Part shown: positions 9,300 to 16,004 of the stretch, in pieces
Numbering within the stretch: position 1 is the first letter of the stretch
How the letters are laid out: each line of letters begins with the position of its first letter
Virus record (IMG/VR): IMGVR_UViG_3300032236_001613
Span: 186,001 to 250,000 of that record
DNA: 64,000 nucleotides
Direction: 5' to 3' (one strand)
Position numbers and translations under genes: made by a program
Notes under the pieces: model-generated
Seen by the model: only the letters and a program-made list of their open reading frames with translations
Database searches by the model: none
What the model was told of the DNA's origin: nothing

Positions 9300-10020
9300 T
9301 TATGCCCATCTCCCGTGATCAAAGCTATTGTCAGGGTTTTTAAATTTTCTTAAAGATGATTCTATTCCGGTTACCGGCCACGATATGTGATTTTTATATA
9401 AATGATATATCAACATGTTTTGTGGAGTAAAACACACTCCTTCGGTTGTATATTGATCAATATAATTAAAAACAGACGAATATATGGACATGACATCGCT
9501 ATTGCCTATAGCAAACTGATCGTTTATCCCTGCTCCTTGTCTTTCGGTATCTGGTGTTATTATCATTGGTGTGTTTATACGGTCAAGGTATTCTTTAACT
9601 TTATTTAAAAATATGTAATTATTTAAGCATAAATCTGGCCTTGCTCTAATCACTAAATCATATTTGCCAAACATAGCTTCGTATTTTTGTCTAATATGAC
9701 CAACACGTTGTACGCCATTAAACATATACCAAGCATGAGAGGCCCATGTATGAGTACTATGAGGTCCGCCTAAAATATATGGTTTAGTTTCATCAAATAT
9801 AGGTTCGGGTACAATATCAAAATGAACTACATAATTATTTTTTGGTAAATTATTAACCAATTTAACATAAAACTCATGTTTGTTATTATTCCAACTAGGA
9901 GGAACCCCTTTATCAATGGAATTGTTAGAATTCCAAACATGTATAAACCAATCTAATTGATCATAGATCAAAATCCTTAGTAAACCTCGGTCGACCTGAT
10001 AATTCAATTGCTACTTTCAT
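9300..10020 (-). pseudogene. Frameshifted putative glycosyltransferase-like gene
   Basis: ATG 10020 gives MKVAIELSGRPRFTKDFDL*; the body (YDLVIRARPDL, INDQFAIG) is in another frame. Confidence 0.6.
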
Positions 10021-10045
10021 GCGACTATTTATTGTTAGAGTTTAT

Positions 10046-10122
10046 GGGGCCATAACTCAATAGGCTAGAGTAACTGGCTTTTAACCAGTAAGTTGTGAGT
10101 TCGAGCCTCACTGGCCCTACCA
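10046..10122 (+). tRNA. tRNA-Lys(TTT)
   Basis: ACTGG-CTTTTAA-CCAGT, CCA. Confidence 0.93.
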
Positions 10123-10129
10123 TTTCAAT

Positions 10130-10206
10130 GCCTCCGTAACTCAATGGATCAGAGTGCTTGGCTTCGAACCAAGAAGTTGGGAGTTCGAATCTCTCCGGGG
10201 GCGCCA
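10130..10206 (+). tRNA. tRNA-Arg(TCG)
   Basis: CTTGG-CTTCGAA-CCAAG, CCA. Confidence 0.93.
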
Positions 10207-10261
10207 TATTACGTGATAAGTAAACAGCAGACAGTTTACAGAAACACAAAGGAGATTTTTA

Positions 10262-10843
10262 ATGAATAAGTTTATTGTTTCGATTATTGCCGGACTTGCT
10301 TTTGCGAATCTTGCAGTAGCCGCGGATTATGCTGGTGTTGATTATCAAGATAAGCAGAAGGTCGACGTTGCTGAACAACACGATGTATTTGGTGCTTATA
10401 TTGGACATAAGTTTTCTGACACAGGATTCTCTGTTGAAGGACGCTTAGAAAATGAAATTGTGCATGATCCTAGTAAGCATGAAGGGCTCGTTCAGGTAAA
10501 AGGAACTTATAATGTACCTGCAGCAATTCTAGAAGTTTATCCTTATGTCAGCGCCACAGTTGGCTATAAGAGCGAAGCAACTAGTAATTTTGATTTTTAT
10601 GTTTTAGAAACGGGATTAAAGTATACCCAACTACCTAACGTAGAACTACGTTATGGACTACGTCTACGTACTCCGTTTAACGAAAGTTCGGTAGGCGAAG
10701 GCAACCATTACCGTACAGTAGAAAATAGCATCAACGCCGTTTATAAACTAGACAGTCATAATGGCGTTACTTTAAAATATGCACGTGAGCATGGTGATAG
10801 CAATTATCACACTTACGGTGTTGGTCTAGTACACTCCTTCTAA
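10262..10843 (+). CDS. Outer-membrane beta-barrel (porin-like) protein
   Basis: Signal peptide ending AVA, alternating beta-strand pattern, C-terminal YGVGLVHSF. Confidence 0.7.
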   Translation: MNKFIVSIIAGLAFANLAVAADYAGVDYQDKQKVDVAEQHDVFGAYIGHKFSDTGFSVEGRLENEIVHDPSKHEGLVQVKGTYNVPAAILEVYPYVSATVGYKSEATSNFDFYVLETGLKYTQLPNVELRYGLRLRTPFNESSVGEGNHYRTVENSINAVYKLDSHNGVTLKYAREHGDSNYHTYGVGLVHSF

Positions 10844-10847
10844 TCAT

Positions 10848-11297
10848 ATGGCAATAATTGCAGCCTTATTATGTCTGCTAGGCTGGTTTTTGCCATTAAC
10901 AGATTATCTAACTCCTAAATCAGGAGTAGGTTATTGGATGGGTATAGTAGGAGCGTCCATGATGCTCCTACTTTTAACTTATAGTCTGCGAAAACGTTAT
11001 AAATTCTTAGATTGGTCACCCCCACTTAGTAAGTGGTTTAATGCACACATATTTTTAGGTCTATATGGGCCTTTATTAATCTTATATCATTGCGGCTATC
11101 ATTTAGGTGCTTTTAATAGTAATATGGCTTTATGGTCGATGATTATAGTTGCTATTAGCGGAGTTATAGGTAGATTTTTATATAATCGTCCTCAATTTAA
11201 AAAAGCATTCGCTATTTGGCATGTGGCACATTTGCCTTTTGTTTTTATGTTAGCTGCAGCAGCAGTTATACATATACTTGCAGTAAACATATATTAA
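10848..11297 (+). CDS. His-containing multi-pass membrane protein (possible heme b ligands)
   Basis: Hydrophobic helices with WFNAHIFLG, LYH, WHVAHLP, IH. Confidence 0.55.
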   Translation: MAIIAALLCLLGWFLPLTDYLTPKSGVGYWMGIVGASMMLLLLTYSLRKRYKFLDWSPPLSKWFNAHIFLGLYGPLLILYHCGYHLGAFNSNMALWSMIIVAISGVIGRFLYNRPQFKKAFAIWHVAHLPFVFMLAAAAVIHILAVNIY

Positions 11298-11305
11298 AAA
11301 CGTAT

Positions 11306-11381
11306 GGTGGCTATAGTGTAGAGGTTCGCACACTAGGTTGTGGCCCTGGTAGTAAGGGTTCAATTCCCTTTAGTCACCCCA
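11306..11381 (+). tRNA. tRNA-His(GTG)
   Basis: G-1:C73, CTAGG-TTGTGGC-CCTGG, CCA. Confidence 0.92.
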
Positions 11382-11447
11382 AATTATTTTTATAATTAGT
11401 CTAGGAATATAGATAATTTTCTCTTATAATTATCTATATAATTTTTC

Positions 11448-11537
11448 GGAAGTGTGGCAGAGTCCGGTTTATTGCAACAGTCTTGAAAACTGTCGAGTTT
11501 AATCGCTCCGTAGGTTCGAATCCTACTACTTCCGCCA
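11448..11537 (+). tRNA. tRNA-Ser(TGA)
   Basis: ACAGT-CTTGAAA-ACTGT, long variable arm, G73, CCA. Confidence 0.95.
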
Positions 11538-11541
11538 AATT

Positions 11542-11599
11542 TAGGATGCTTCCAGCAAATAAAAAACTTTTCTTGAAAAAAAGCCAAAACAGCATCCTG
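11542..11599 (+). ncRNA. Anticodon-display RNA copy 1 (TGA stem-loop)
   Basis: AGGATGCT/AGCATCCT closing stem, CAGCAA, internal CTTTT-CTTGAAA-AAAAG. Confidence 0.7.
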
Positions 11600-11609
11600 T
11601 TTAATTTTA

Positions 11610-11704
11610 CCTCGATAGCACAGGTGTGCGGCTAGGTCTTATAAACCTGGGAGAGTTGCCAGATTAGCGACAACGGGAAGGATCGTTACCTTCATCGAGG
11701 ACCA
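11610..11704 (+). tRNA. Non-canonical tRNA with TAT anticodon and long variable arm
   Basis: CCTCGAT/ATCGAGG-A-CCA; 6-bp stem CTAGGT-CTTATAA-ACCTGG; T-loop ATCGTTA. Confidence 0.75.
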
Positions 11705-11712
11705 AATTTTAG

Positions 11713-11741
11713 TTGACTAATTGGTAAATGCGTGTTAAAGT
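11713..11741 (+). promoter_or_regulatory. Sigma70-type promoter with extended -10
   Basis: TTGACT-N17-(TGt)TAAAGT. Confidence 0.6.
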
Positions 11742-11751
11742 ATACGCATAC

Positions 11752-11780
11752 GCTAAGAAATTAGCAACGCTCTTTAATAA
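11752..11780 (+). promoter_or_regulatory. rrn-type boxB/boxA antitermination site
   Basis: GCTAA-GAAA-TTAGC hairpin followed by CGCTCTTTAATAA. Confidence 0.7.
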
Positions 11781-11795
11781 ATGAAAATAGTTTAT

Positions 11796-11871
11796 GGTCC
11801 CATCATCTAGAGGCCTAGGATATTGCCCTTTCACGGCAAGTACACGGGTTCAAATCCCGTTGGGACTACCA
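11796..11871 (+). tRNA. tRNA-Glu(TTC)
   Basis: TTGCC-CTTTCAC-GGCAA, CCA. Confidence 0.93.
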
Positions 11872-11908
11872 TACTTTTTAACTAAATATCTAGCTACGGA
11901 GAAATACT

Positions 11909-12364
11909 ATGAGCTTTCTAGACGTTTTCAAGAAAGAAAAAGACAAGCTAGTTGAAGAAGTTACTAAAGTCGAATCTACTGTTGTCGAAGAAGTAAAGAA
12001 AGTAGAAGCAGTGGCTGAACGAGCTGTTGCTGCTACCGAAGCAGTAGTTAAAGAAGTTGTAGTAGATTTTGAAAAGATTTTAACAGAAGCCGAGCAGGCA
12101 GCAGAAAGAACTCTACGCGATGTAGAGTTAGCTCGCCAGTTATACGAAAAAGCACTGGCTAGAGCAAATCTAGCAGCTAATAGAGCTAGAGAAGCTGCTG
12201 AACAAGCAGCAGCAAAAGCCCAAGAAGAAGCTGAAAGAGCCTTGTTGAGAGCTGAACGTGCTGCTAAGTTAGTGATTGGTATTTCAGGATCGGCGCCAGC
12301 TCCGGTTATTGCGCCTCCACCAATCGCTCCTGCTCCACCCCCTACAAGTAATACTACTCAATAA
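11909..12364 (+). CDS. Ala/Glu-rich coiled-coil protein with Pro-rich tail
   Basis: Composition; GGAG SD. Confidence 0.6.
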   Translation: MSFLDVFKKEKDKLVEEVTKVESTVVEEVKKVEAVAERAVAATEAVVKEVVVDFEKILTEAEQAAERTLRDVELARQLYEKALARANLAANRAREAAEQAAAKAQEEAERALLRAERAAKLVIGISGSAPAPVIAPPPIAPAPPPTSNTTQ

Positions 12365-12366
12365 TT

Positions 12367-12442
12367 AGTAGTGTAGCATAGTGGCTAATGCAGCACCTTC
12401 ATACGGTGTTTACCATCGGTTCGAGTCCGATCACTACTACCA
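12367..12442 (+). tRNA. tRNA-CAT (elongator Met or Ile2)
   Basis: GCACC-TTCATAC-GGTGT, paired 1:72, CCA. Confidence 0.88.
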
Positions 12443-12446
12443 GTTT

Positions 12447-12561
12447 TAGGATACCTACAGCAACATAAATTACTCATGCTAAGAGAGAGGTCGTTGGTTC
12501 AAGTCCAACCTAGTCTTAGGACTAGTAGCTCAGTTGGTAGAGCACTAAAATGTGTATCCTG
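12447..12561 (+). ncRNA. Anticodon-display RNA copy 2 containing a circularly permuted tRNA (GCT loop)
   Basis: AGGATAC/GTATCCT closing stem; order is anticodon loop, variable loop, T arm, loop-closed acceptor stem, D arm. Confidence 0.8.
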
Positions 12562-12570
12562 TTTTATTCG

Positions 12571-12648
12571 GCACCGGTGGCAGAGTGGCCCAATGCAAGA
12601 GTCTGCAAAACTCTAAAGTCGTCAGTTCGAATCTGACCCGGTGCTCCA
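12571..12648 (+). tRNA. tRNA-Cys(GCA)
   Basis: AGAGT-CTGCAAA-ACTCT, U73, CCA. Confidence 0.93.
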
Positions 12649-12697
12649 ATATACTTGTATAATAGATAACAAACATATATAATATATGAAATTATAC

Positions 12698-12773
12698 GGC
12701 CTCGTAGCCTAGTGGATCAGGCAACAGCCTTCTAAGCTGTCTTACACAGGTTCGAATCCTGTCGAGGTCGCCA
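12698..12773 (+). tRNA. tRNA-Arg(TCT)
   Basis: ACAGC-CTTCTAA-GCTGT, CCA. Confidence 0.93.
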
Positions 12774-12824
12774 AATTAATTAGTTTGACATCTTAATAAA
12801 GATAAGTAATAATATATCAACAAC

Positions 12825-12898
12825 GCGGAATTGGCATATGGGTTGTGCTCCAGCCTTCCAAGCTGGCTAAACGAGTTCGAGTCTCGTATTCCGCTCCA
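12825..12898 (+). tRNA. tRNA-Gly(TCC)
   Basis: CCAGC-CTTCCAA-GCTGG, U73, CCA; TTGACA at 12785 upstream. Confidence 0.93.
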
Positions 12899-12915
12899 AC
12901 TTTTAAGAGGCTCTA

Positions 12916-13134
12916 ATGAATAATCTCGGTGAATTAAGAGATTACGCTGTTGCTCGAGGATATAAAATCAAAGAGTTTAACGGATATGCACTACATATTG
13001 GGCGTGATACTTATACTATGTTAGCTGGAGAAATTTATCTCAATAAGATTAAAACTCCTACTAAAGAAGTTTTAAAGAAATTTACAGAAAAGTCTGCTGC
13101 AAAAAAAACTGCAGCAACAGCAAAGAAAAAATAG
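12916..13134 (+). CDS. Hypothetical basic protein
   Basis: ORF with GAGG SD. Confidence 0.55.
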   Translation: MNNLGELRDYAVARGYKIKEFNGYALHIGRDTYTMLAGEIYLNKIKTPTKEVLKKFTEKSAAKKTAATAKKK

Positions 13135-13140
13135 TTTTGT

Positions 13141-13221
13141 GCCCTAATGGTGAAATTGGTAGACACGCAAGATTTAGGTTCTTGTCTTCGGGTGGGGGTT
13201 CGAGTCCCTCTTAGGGCACCA
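13141..13221 (+). tRNA. tRNA-Leu(TAG)
   Basis: CAAGA-TTTAGGT-TCTTG, short variable arm, A73, CCA. Confidence 0.92.
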
Positions 13222-13228
13222 ATAGTTT

Positions 13229-13289
13229 TAGGATGCCTACAGCAAATTTAAAAATCAAAATGTCAATTTGAAAACAAATGCGCATCCTG
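13229..13289 (+). ncRNA. Anticodon-display RNA copy 3 (GTC stem-loop)
   Basis: AGGATGC/GCATCCT closing stem, CTACAGCAA, internal TCAAA-ATGTCAA-TTTGA. Confidence 0.7.
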
Positions 13290-13298
13290 TTTAAATAT

Positions 13299-13372
13299 GC
13301 CGGTGTAGTATAATGATAGTGCGACGGTCTCCAAAACCGTTAGTGGGAGTTTGATTCTCTCCACCGGTGCCA
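13299..13372 (+). tRNA. tRNA-Trp(CCA)
   Basis: ACGGT-CTCCAAA-ACCGT, CCA. Confidence 0.92.
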
Positions 13373-13384
13373 AATCGAGGACTT

Positions 13385-13699
13385 ATGACAAAAAAATTTA
13401 CATTTAATGATTTACAACCTAGAGTTGAAATGCTAATCGATGCTCTAGAAAATCGTGGCGCTTGTGCTAGCGGCTTACCATATGCTCCGGGCGTTAAAGC
13501 AGTTGCTGAAAACTATAAGTCAATGTTAGATTTTATAAGAAATAAAACAATTAACAAAGACGATCTCATCAACAGTTTATCAACAGCTAAAGCACTTGTA
13601 TTAGAACGAGCAGGTGGTAATCAAATTGATAGAATACGTAAAATTCTAGATGCTCTTGACTCCTATATGATGAGAGAGTATAATAAACAGAACAGTTGA
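13385..13699 (+). CDS. Hypothetical protein
   Basis: GAGG SD before ATG 13385. Confidence 0.55.
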   Translation: MTKKFTFNDLQPRVEMLIDALENRGACASGLPYAPGVKAVAENYKSMLDFIRNKTINKDDLINSLSTAKALVLERAGGNQIDRIRKILDALDSYMMREYNKQNS

Positions 13700-13721
13700 C
13701 CCTTCGTCTAGCGGTAGGACA
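13697..13721 (+). pseudogene. 5' remnant of a tRNA-Gln-like gene
   Basis: TGACCCT-TC-GTCT-AGCGGT-AGGAC-A: acceptor 5' strand plus Gln-type D arm, no 3' half. Confidence 0.65.
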
Positions 13722-13735
13722 AATATAAATACTAT

Positions 13736-14278
13736 ATGCTTAGTAAAAATATTAGTTCAGAGACAATCGAAAAATTAATTGATTCAGGTTTAAAAACCTC
13801 AGAAATTGCATCTAAGCTCGGTATCTCTACTGCAACAGTTTCTTATTGGAAAAAGAAACTCGGAAAAGAACTTAGTAATATCAAACATGATTGGAAAAAA
13901 ATTCAAGAAGCCCACAACAATGGGTCTACTTATTCTCAATTATACAAAGAGTTTGGTGTTACTAAAAGATCATTACAGAAAGCTAGAGATCGAGGAGATT
14001 TCAAGGTTAGACAGCGTAAAAAATTGTCAAAAGATGACGCTAAAATTAGAAAAAGAATTATATGCAGAGAAGCGTGGATGCGGTATTATAGTAGAAAAAA
14101 ATATCAAACTCCGGCTGATGAAGATATTAAAAAATTACAAGAATTTTATGCTAATTGCCCGGTTGGTTATGAAGTAGATCACATCATACCTATAAGTAAA
14201 GGCGGATTACATACATTGTCGAATCTTCAATACTTAACTATTAAAGAGAATAGACAAAAAGGTAATAAGATATTATAA
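13736..14278 (+). CDS. HTH-HNH homing endonuclease
   Basis: N-terminal SEIASKLGISTATVSYW; YEVDHIIPISKGGLHTLSNLQYLTIKENRQK. Confidence 0.88.
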   Translation: MLSKNISSETIEKLIDSGLKTSEIASKLGISTATVSYWKKKLGKELSNIKHDWKKIQEAHNNGSTYSQLYKEFGVTKRSLQKARDRGDFKVRQRKKLSKDDAKIRKRIICREAWMRYYSRKKYQTPADEDIKKLQEFYANCPVGYEVDHIIPISKGGLHTLSNLQYLTIKENRQKGNKIL

Positions 14279-14289
14279 TTTAACACTAT

Positions 14290-14363
14290 TGGGGAATCTT
14301 CTAACGGCAGGAAGGCGGACTTTGACTCCGCTAATCTAGGTTCGAATCCTAGTTCCCCAGCCA
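14290..14363 (+). tRNA. tRNA-Gln(TTG)
   Basis: GCGGA-CTTTGAC-TCCGC, U1:A72, CCA. Confidence 0.93.
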
Positions 14364-14369
14364 ATTTTT

Positions 14370-14443
14370 GCCCGATTAGCTCAAAAGTAGAGCGCACGAC
14401 TGATAATCGTAAGACAAAGGAGCGTTACCTTTATTGGGCACCA
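14370..14443 (+). tRNA. tRNA-Ile(GAT) with atypical D and T loops
   Basis: CACGA-CTGATAA-TCGTA; T-loop AGCGTTA; CCA. Confidence 0.85.
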
Positions 14444-14459
14444 TATAAATAAAGACAAT

Positions 14460-14535
14460 TGGAGTGTAGCTCAGCGGCAGTAGCGTTCGCCTGTTAAGCG
14501 AATGGTCGTAGGTTCGATCCCTACCACTCCAGCCA
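14460..14535 (+). tRNA. tRNA-Asn(GTT)
   Basis: TTCGC-CTGTTAA-GCGAA, CCA. Confidence 0.92.
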
Positions 14536-14543
14536 AATTTTAG

Positions 14544-14572
14544 TTGACCATTTTCGAAATGTTCAATATAAT
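14544..14572 (+). promoter_or_regulatory. Sigma70-type promoter
   Basis: TTGACC-N17-TATAAT. Confidence 0.7.
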
Positions 14573-14601
14573 ATATTCAAGTTAGTAAATAGTTTCGCGT
14601 T

Positions 14602-14675
14602 GGGGGATTGATGTAGTGATAGCCTGGGACCCTTGCACGGTCTTCGCGAGAGTTTGATTCTCTCATCCTCCACCA
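14602..14675 (+). tRNA. tRNA-Ala(TGC)
   Basis: G3:U70, GGACC-CTTGCAC-GGTCT, CCA. Confidence 0.9.
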
Positions 14676-14683
14676 AAGTTTGA

Positions 14684-14757
14684 TGCAGGGTAGTAGAACG
14701 GAACTACGCTAGGCTCATAACCTAGAGAACTTGGTTCGACTCCAAGCTCTGCTTCCA
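14684..14757 (+). tRNA. tRNA-Met(CAT), initiator-like
   Basis: 1:72 mismatch, CTAGG-CTCATAA-CCTAG, CCA. Confidence 0.85.
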
Positions 14758-14766
14758 GTTTGAAAC

Positions 14767-14854
14767 GGATGGTTGCCTGAGCGGTTAAAGGAGCGGGTTG
14801 CTAACCCGTCGCGGTGAAAACTGCGCATAGGTTCGAATCCTATACCATCCGCCA
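14767..14854 (+). tRNA. tRNA-Ser(GCT)
   Basis: GCGGG-TTGCTAA-CCCGT, long variable arm, CCA. Confidence 0.94.
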
Positions 14855-14876
14855 ATTTGTTATATAGAGGAATAAA

Positions 14877-15092
14877 ATGCAAGAGTATAAGCCGACCGGT
14901 AGTTATCGTATGTCACGTCAAGCCAAGCAGATGTTATCTAGGATCCAGGATCCTATTGAGAGAACTGAAGCAAAACGTTTAATTATTCAAAGTGAGTTGC
15001 ATCTTCAGTTGACTCCTAAGCGTAATCCGCTTGATAAGGATCGCACAACTAAAAATAGTCGCAATAATAAAGACGACTCGTTAGAAGAGTAA
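14877..15092 (+). CDS. Hypothetical protein
   Basis: GAGGA SD. Confidence 0.55.
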   Translation: MQEYKPTGSYRMSRQAKQMLSRIQDPIERTEAKRLIIQSELHLQLTPKRNPLDKDRTTKNSRNNKDDSLEE

Positions 15093-15102
15093 ATAAAGTT
15101 AG

Positions 15103-15178
15103 GCCTTCTAAGCATTGCTGGCGATGCACCGGATTTGTAACCCGGGGATAGTCTGTTCGATTCAGACAGAAGGCACCA
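15103..15178 (+). tRNA. tRNA-Thr(TGT)
   Basis: GCCTTCT/AGAAGGC acceptor, loop TTTGTAA, CCA. Confidence 0.85.
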
Positions 15179-15182
15179 GTTT

Positions 15183-15286
15183 AGACGGACCTGTAACCAT
15201 ATTCCGTCTCCGCCGGAGCGAAAACAGGATGGGCTGCTGCCGCGGGGTTTGACTGTTTCCTGACACACAAATAACAGTCATGTGTT
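15183..15286 (+). ncRNA. Pseudoknotted structured RNA between tRNAs
   Basis: AGACGGA/TCCGTCT with CCTGT/ACAGG; GACTGTT/AACAGTC with ACACA/TGTGT. Confidence 0.6.
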
Positions 15287-15289
15287 TAT

Positions 15290-15364
15290 GCCCGGTTAGC
15301 TCAGGGGTAGAGCGTCTGGTTTACATCCAGAATGTCGGCGGTTCGAAACCGTCACCGGGTACCA
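15290..15364 (+). tRNA. tRNA-Val(TAC)
   Basis: TCTGG-TTTACAT-CCAGA, CCA. Confidence 0.94.
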
Positions 15365-15378
15365 GTTTAGTAAGGTCA

Positions 15379-15454
15379 CGGGGTGTAGCTCAGTCTGGTT
15401 TAGAGCGTCCGCTTTGGGAGCGGAAGGTCCAAAGTTCGAATCTTTGTACCCCGA
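15379..15454 (+). tRNA. tRNA-Pro(TGG), no encoded CCA
   Basis: TCCGC-TTTGGGA-GCGGA, C1:G72, followed by AAAA. Confidence 0.9.
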
Positions 15455-15469
15455 AAAATTAAATTTACA

Positions 15470-15901
15470 ATGAAAATAAAAATTACAGATCAAGATCCTG
15501 ACCGTCATAATCACATAGAATATCCTATGGAGATTGGAGGTCAGGCTTTTGCACCTGTAAAAATCGAAAAAGAAAAAGATCTTATGCTAGCTGTCGCACA
15601 ACTTAGCGCACAGCAAGAATATGATCGCATCATGGAATCTGTTTCTATATTACAACGGCAAGCACAAGCACTACAAAGAAGAATGCATTTAACAGAGATG
15701 GTACATGCTGCTAAGTTTAGTTTTGTGCCAATTCCGGGTAAAAGTTATTGGTTAGTCGAAGATACTAAAAAATCTCAAATTATTTTAACCCCAATGGGTC
15801 CATCAGATTGGAGTTGTTTGGCGCCTGAAGAATATAAGTATGTTGCATATGTACGTTGTTTAGGCGATCAAACCTGGCAAGAAATTATAGAGCCCGATTA
15901 G
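15470..15901 (+). CDS. Conserved hypothetical protein (DUF2452-like)
   Basis: YPMEIG..AFAP, AKFSFVPIPGKSYWL, MGPSDW, DQTW. Confidence 0.6.
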   Translation: MKIKITDQDPDRHNHIEYPMEIGGQAFAPVKIEKEKDLMLAVAQLSAQQEYDRIMESVSILQRQAQALQRRMHLTEMVHAAKFSFVPIPGKSYWLVEDTKKSQIILTPMGPSDWSCLAPEEYKYVAYVRCLGDQTWQEIIEPD

Positions 15902-15968
15902 CTCAGTTGGTAGTAGCAACTGATTAGTAATCAGTAGGTCGGCGGTTCGAATCCGTCATCGGGCACCA
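15892..15968 (+). tRNA. tRNA-Thr(AGT)
   Basis: ACTGA-TTAGTAA-TCAGT, CCA; overlaps the upstream CDS end. Confidence 0.9.
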
Positions 15969-16004
15969 TATAAGAAAGATATATACATTTAAGGAGACCA
16001 TATA

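Noticed and set aside
11542-13289. CRISPR array or simple terminators as an explanation of the AGGATRC...GYATCCTG repeats
   Set aside because: The copies are dispersed, the arms enclose 40-100 nt of structured insert, and there is no regular repeat-spacer period or cas gene.
8240-15514. Short ORFs overlapping tRNA genes (8240-8437, 10025-10249, 11396-11587, 15005-15268, 15280-15462, 15296-15514)
   Set aside because: They are shadows of tRNA or ncRNA sequence, with no SD or protein motifs.
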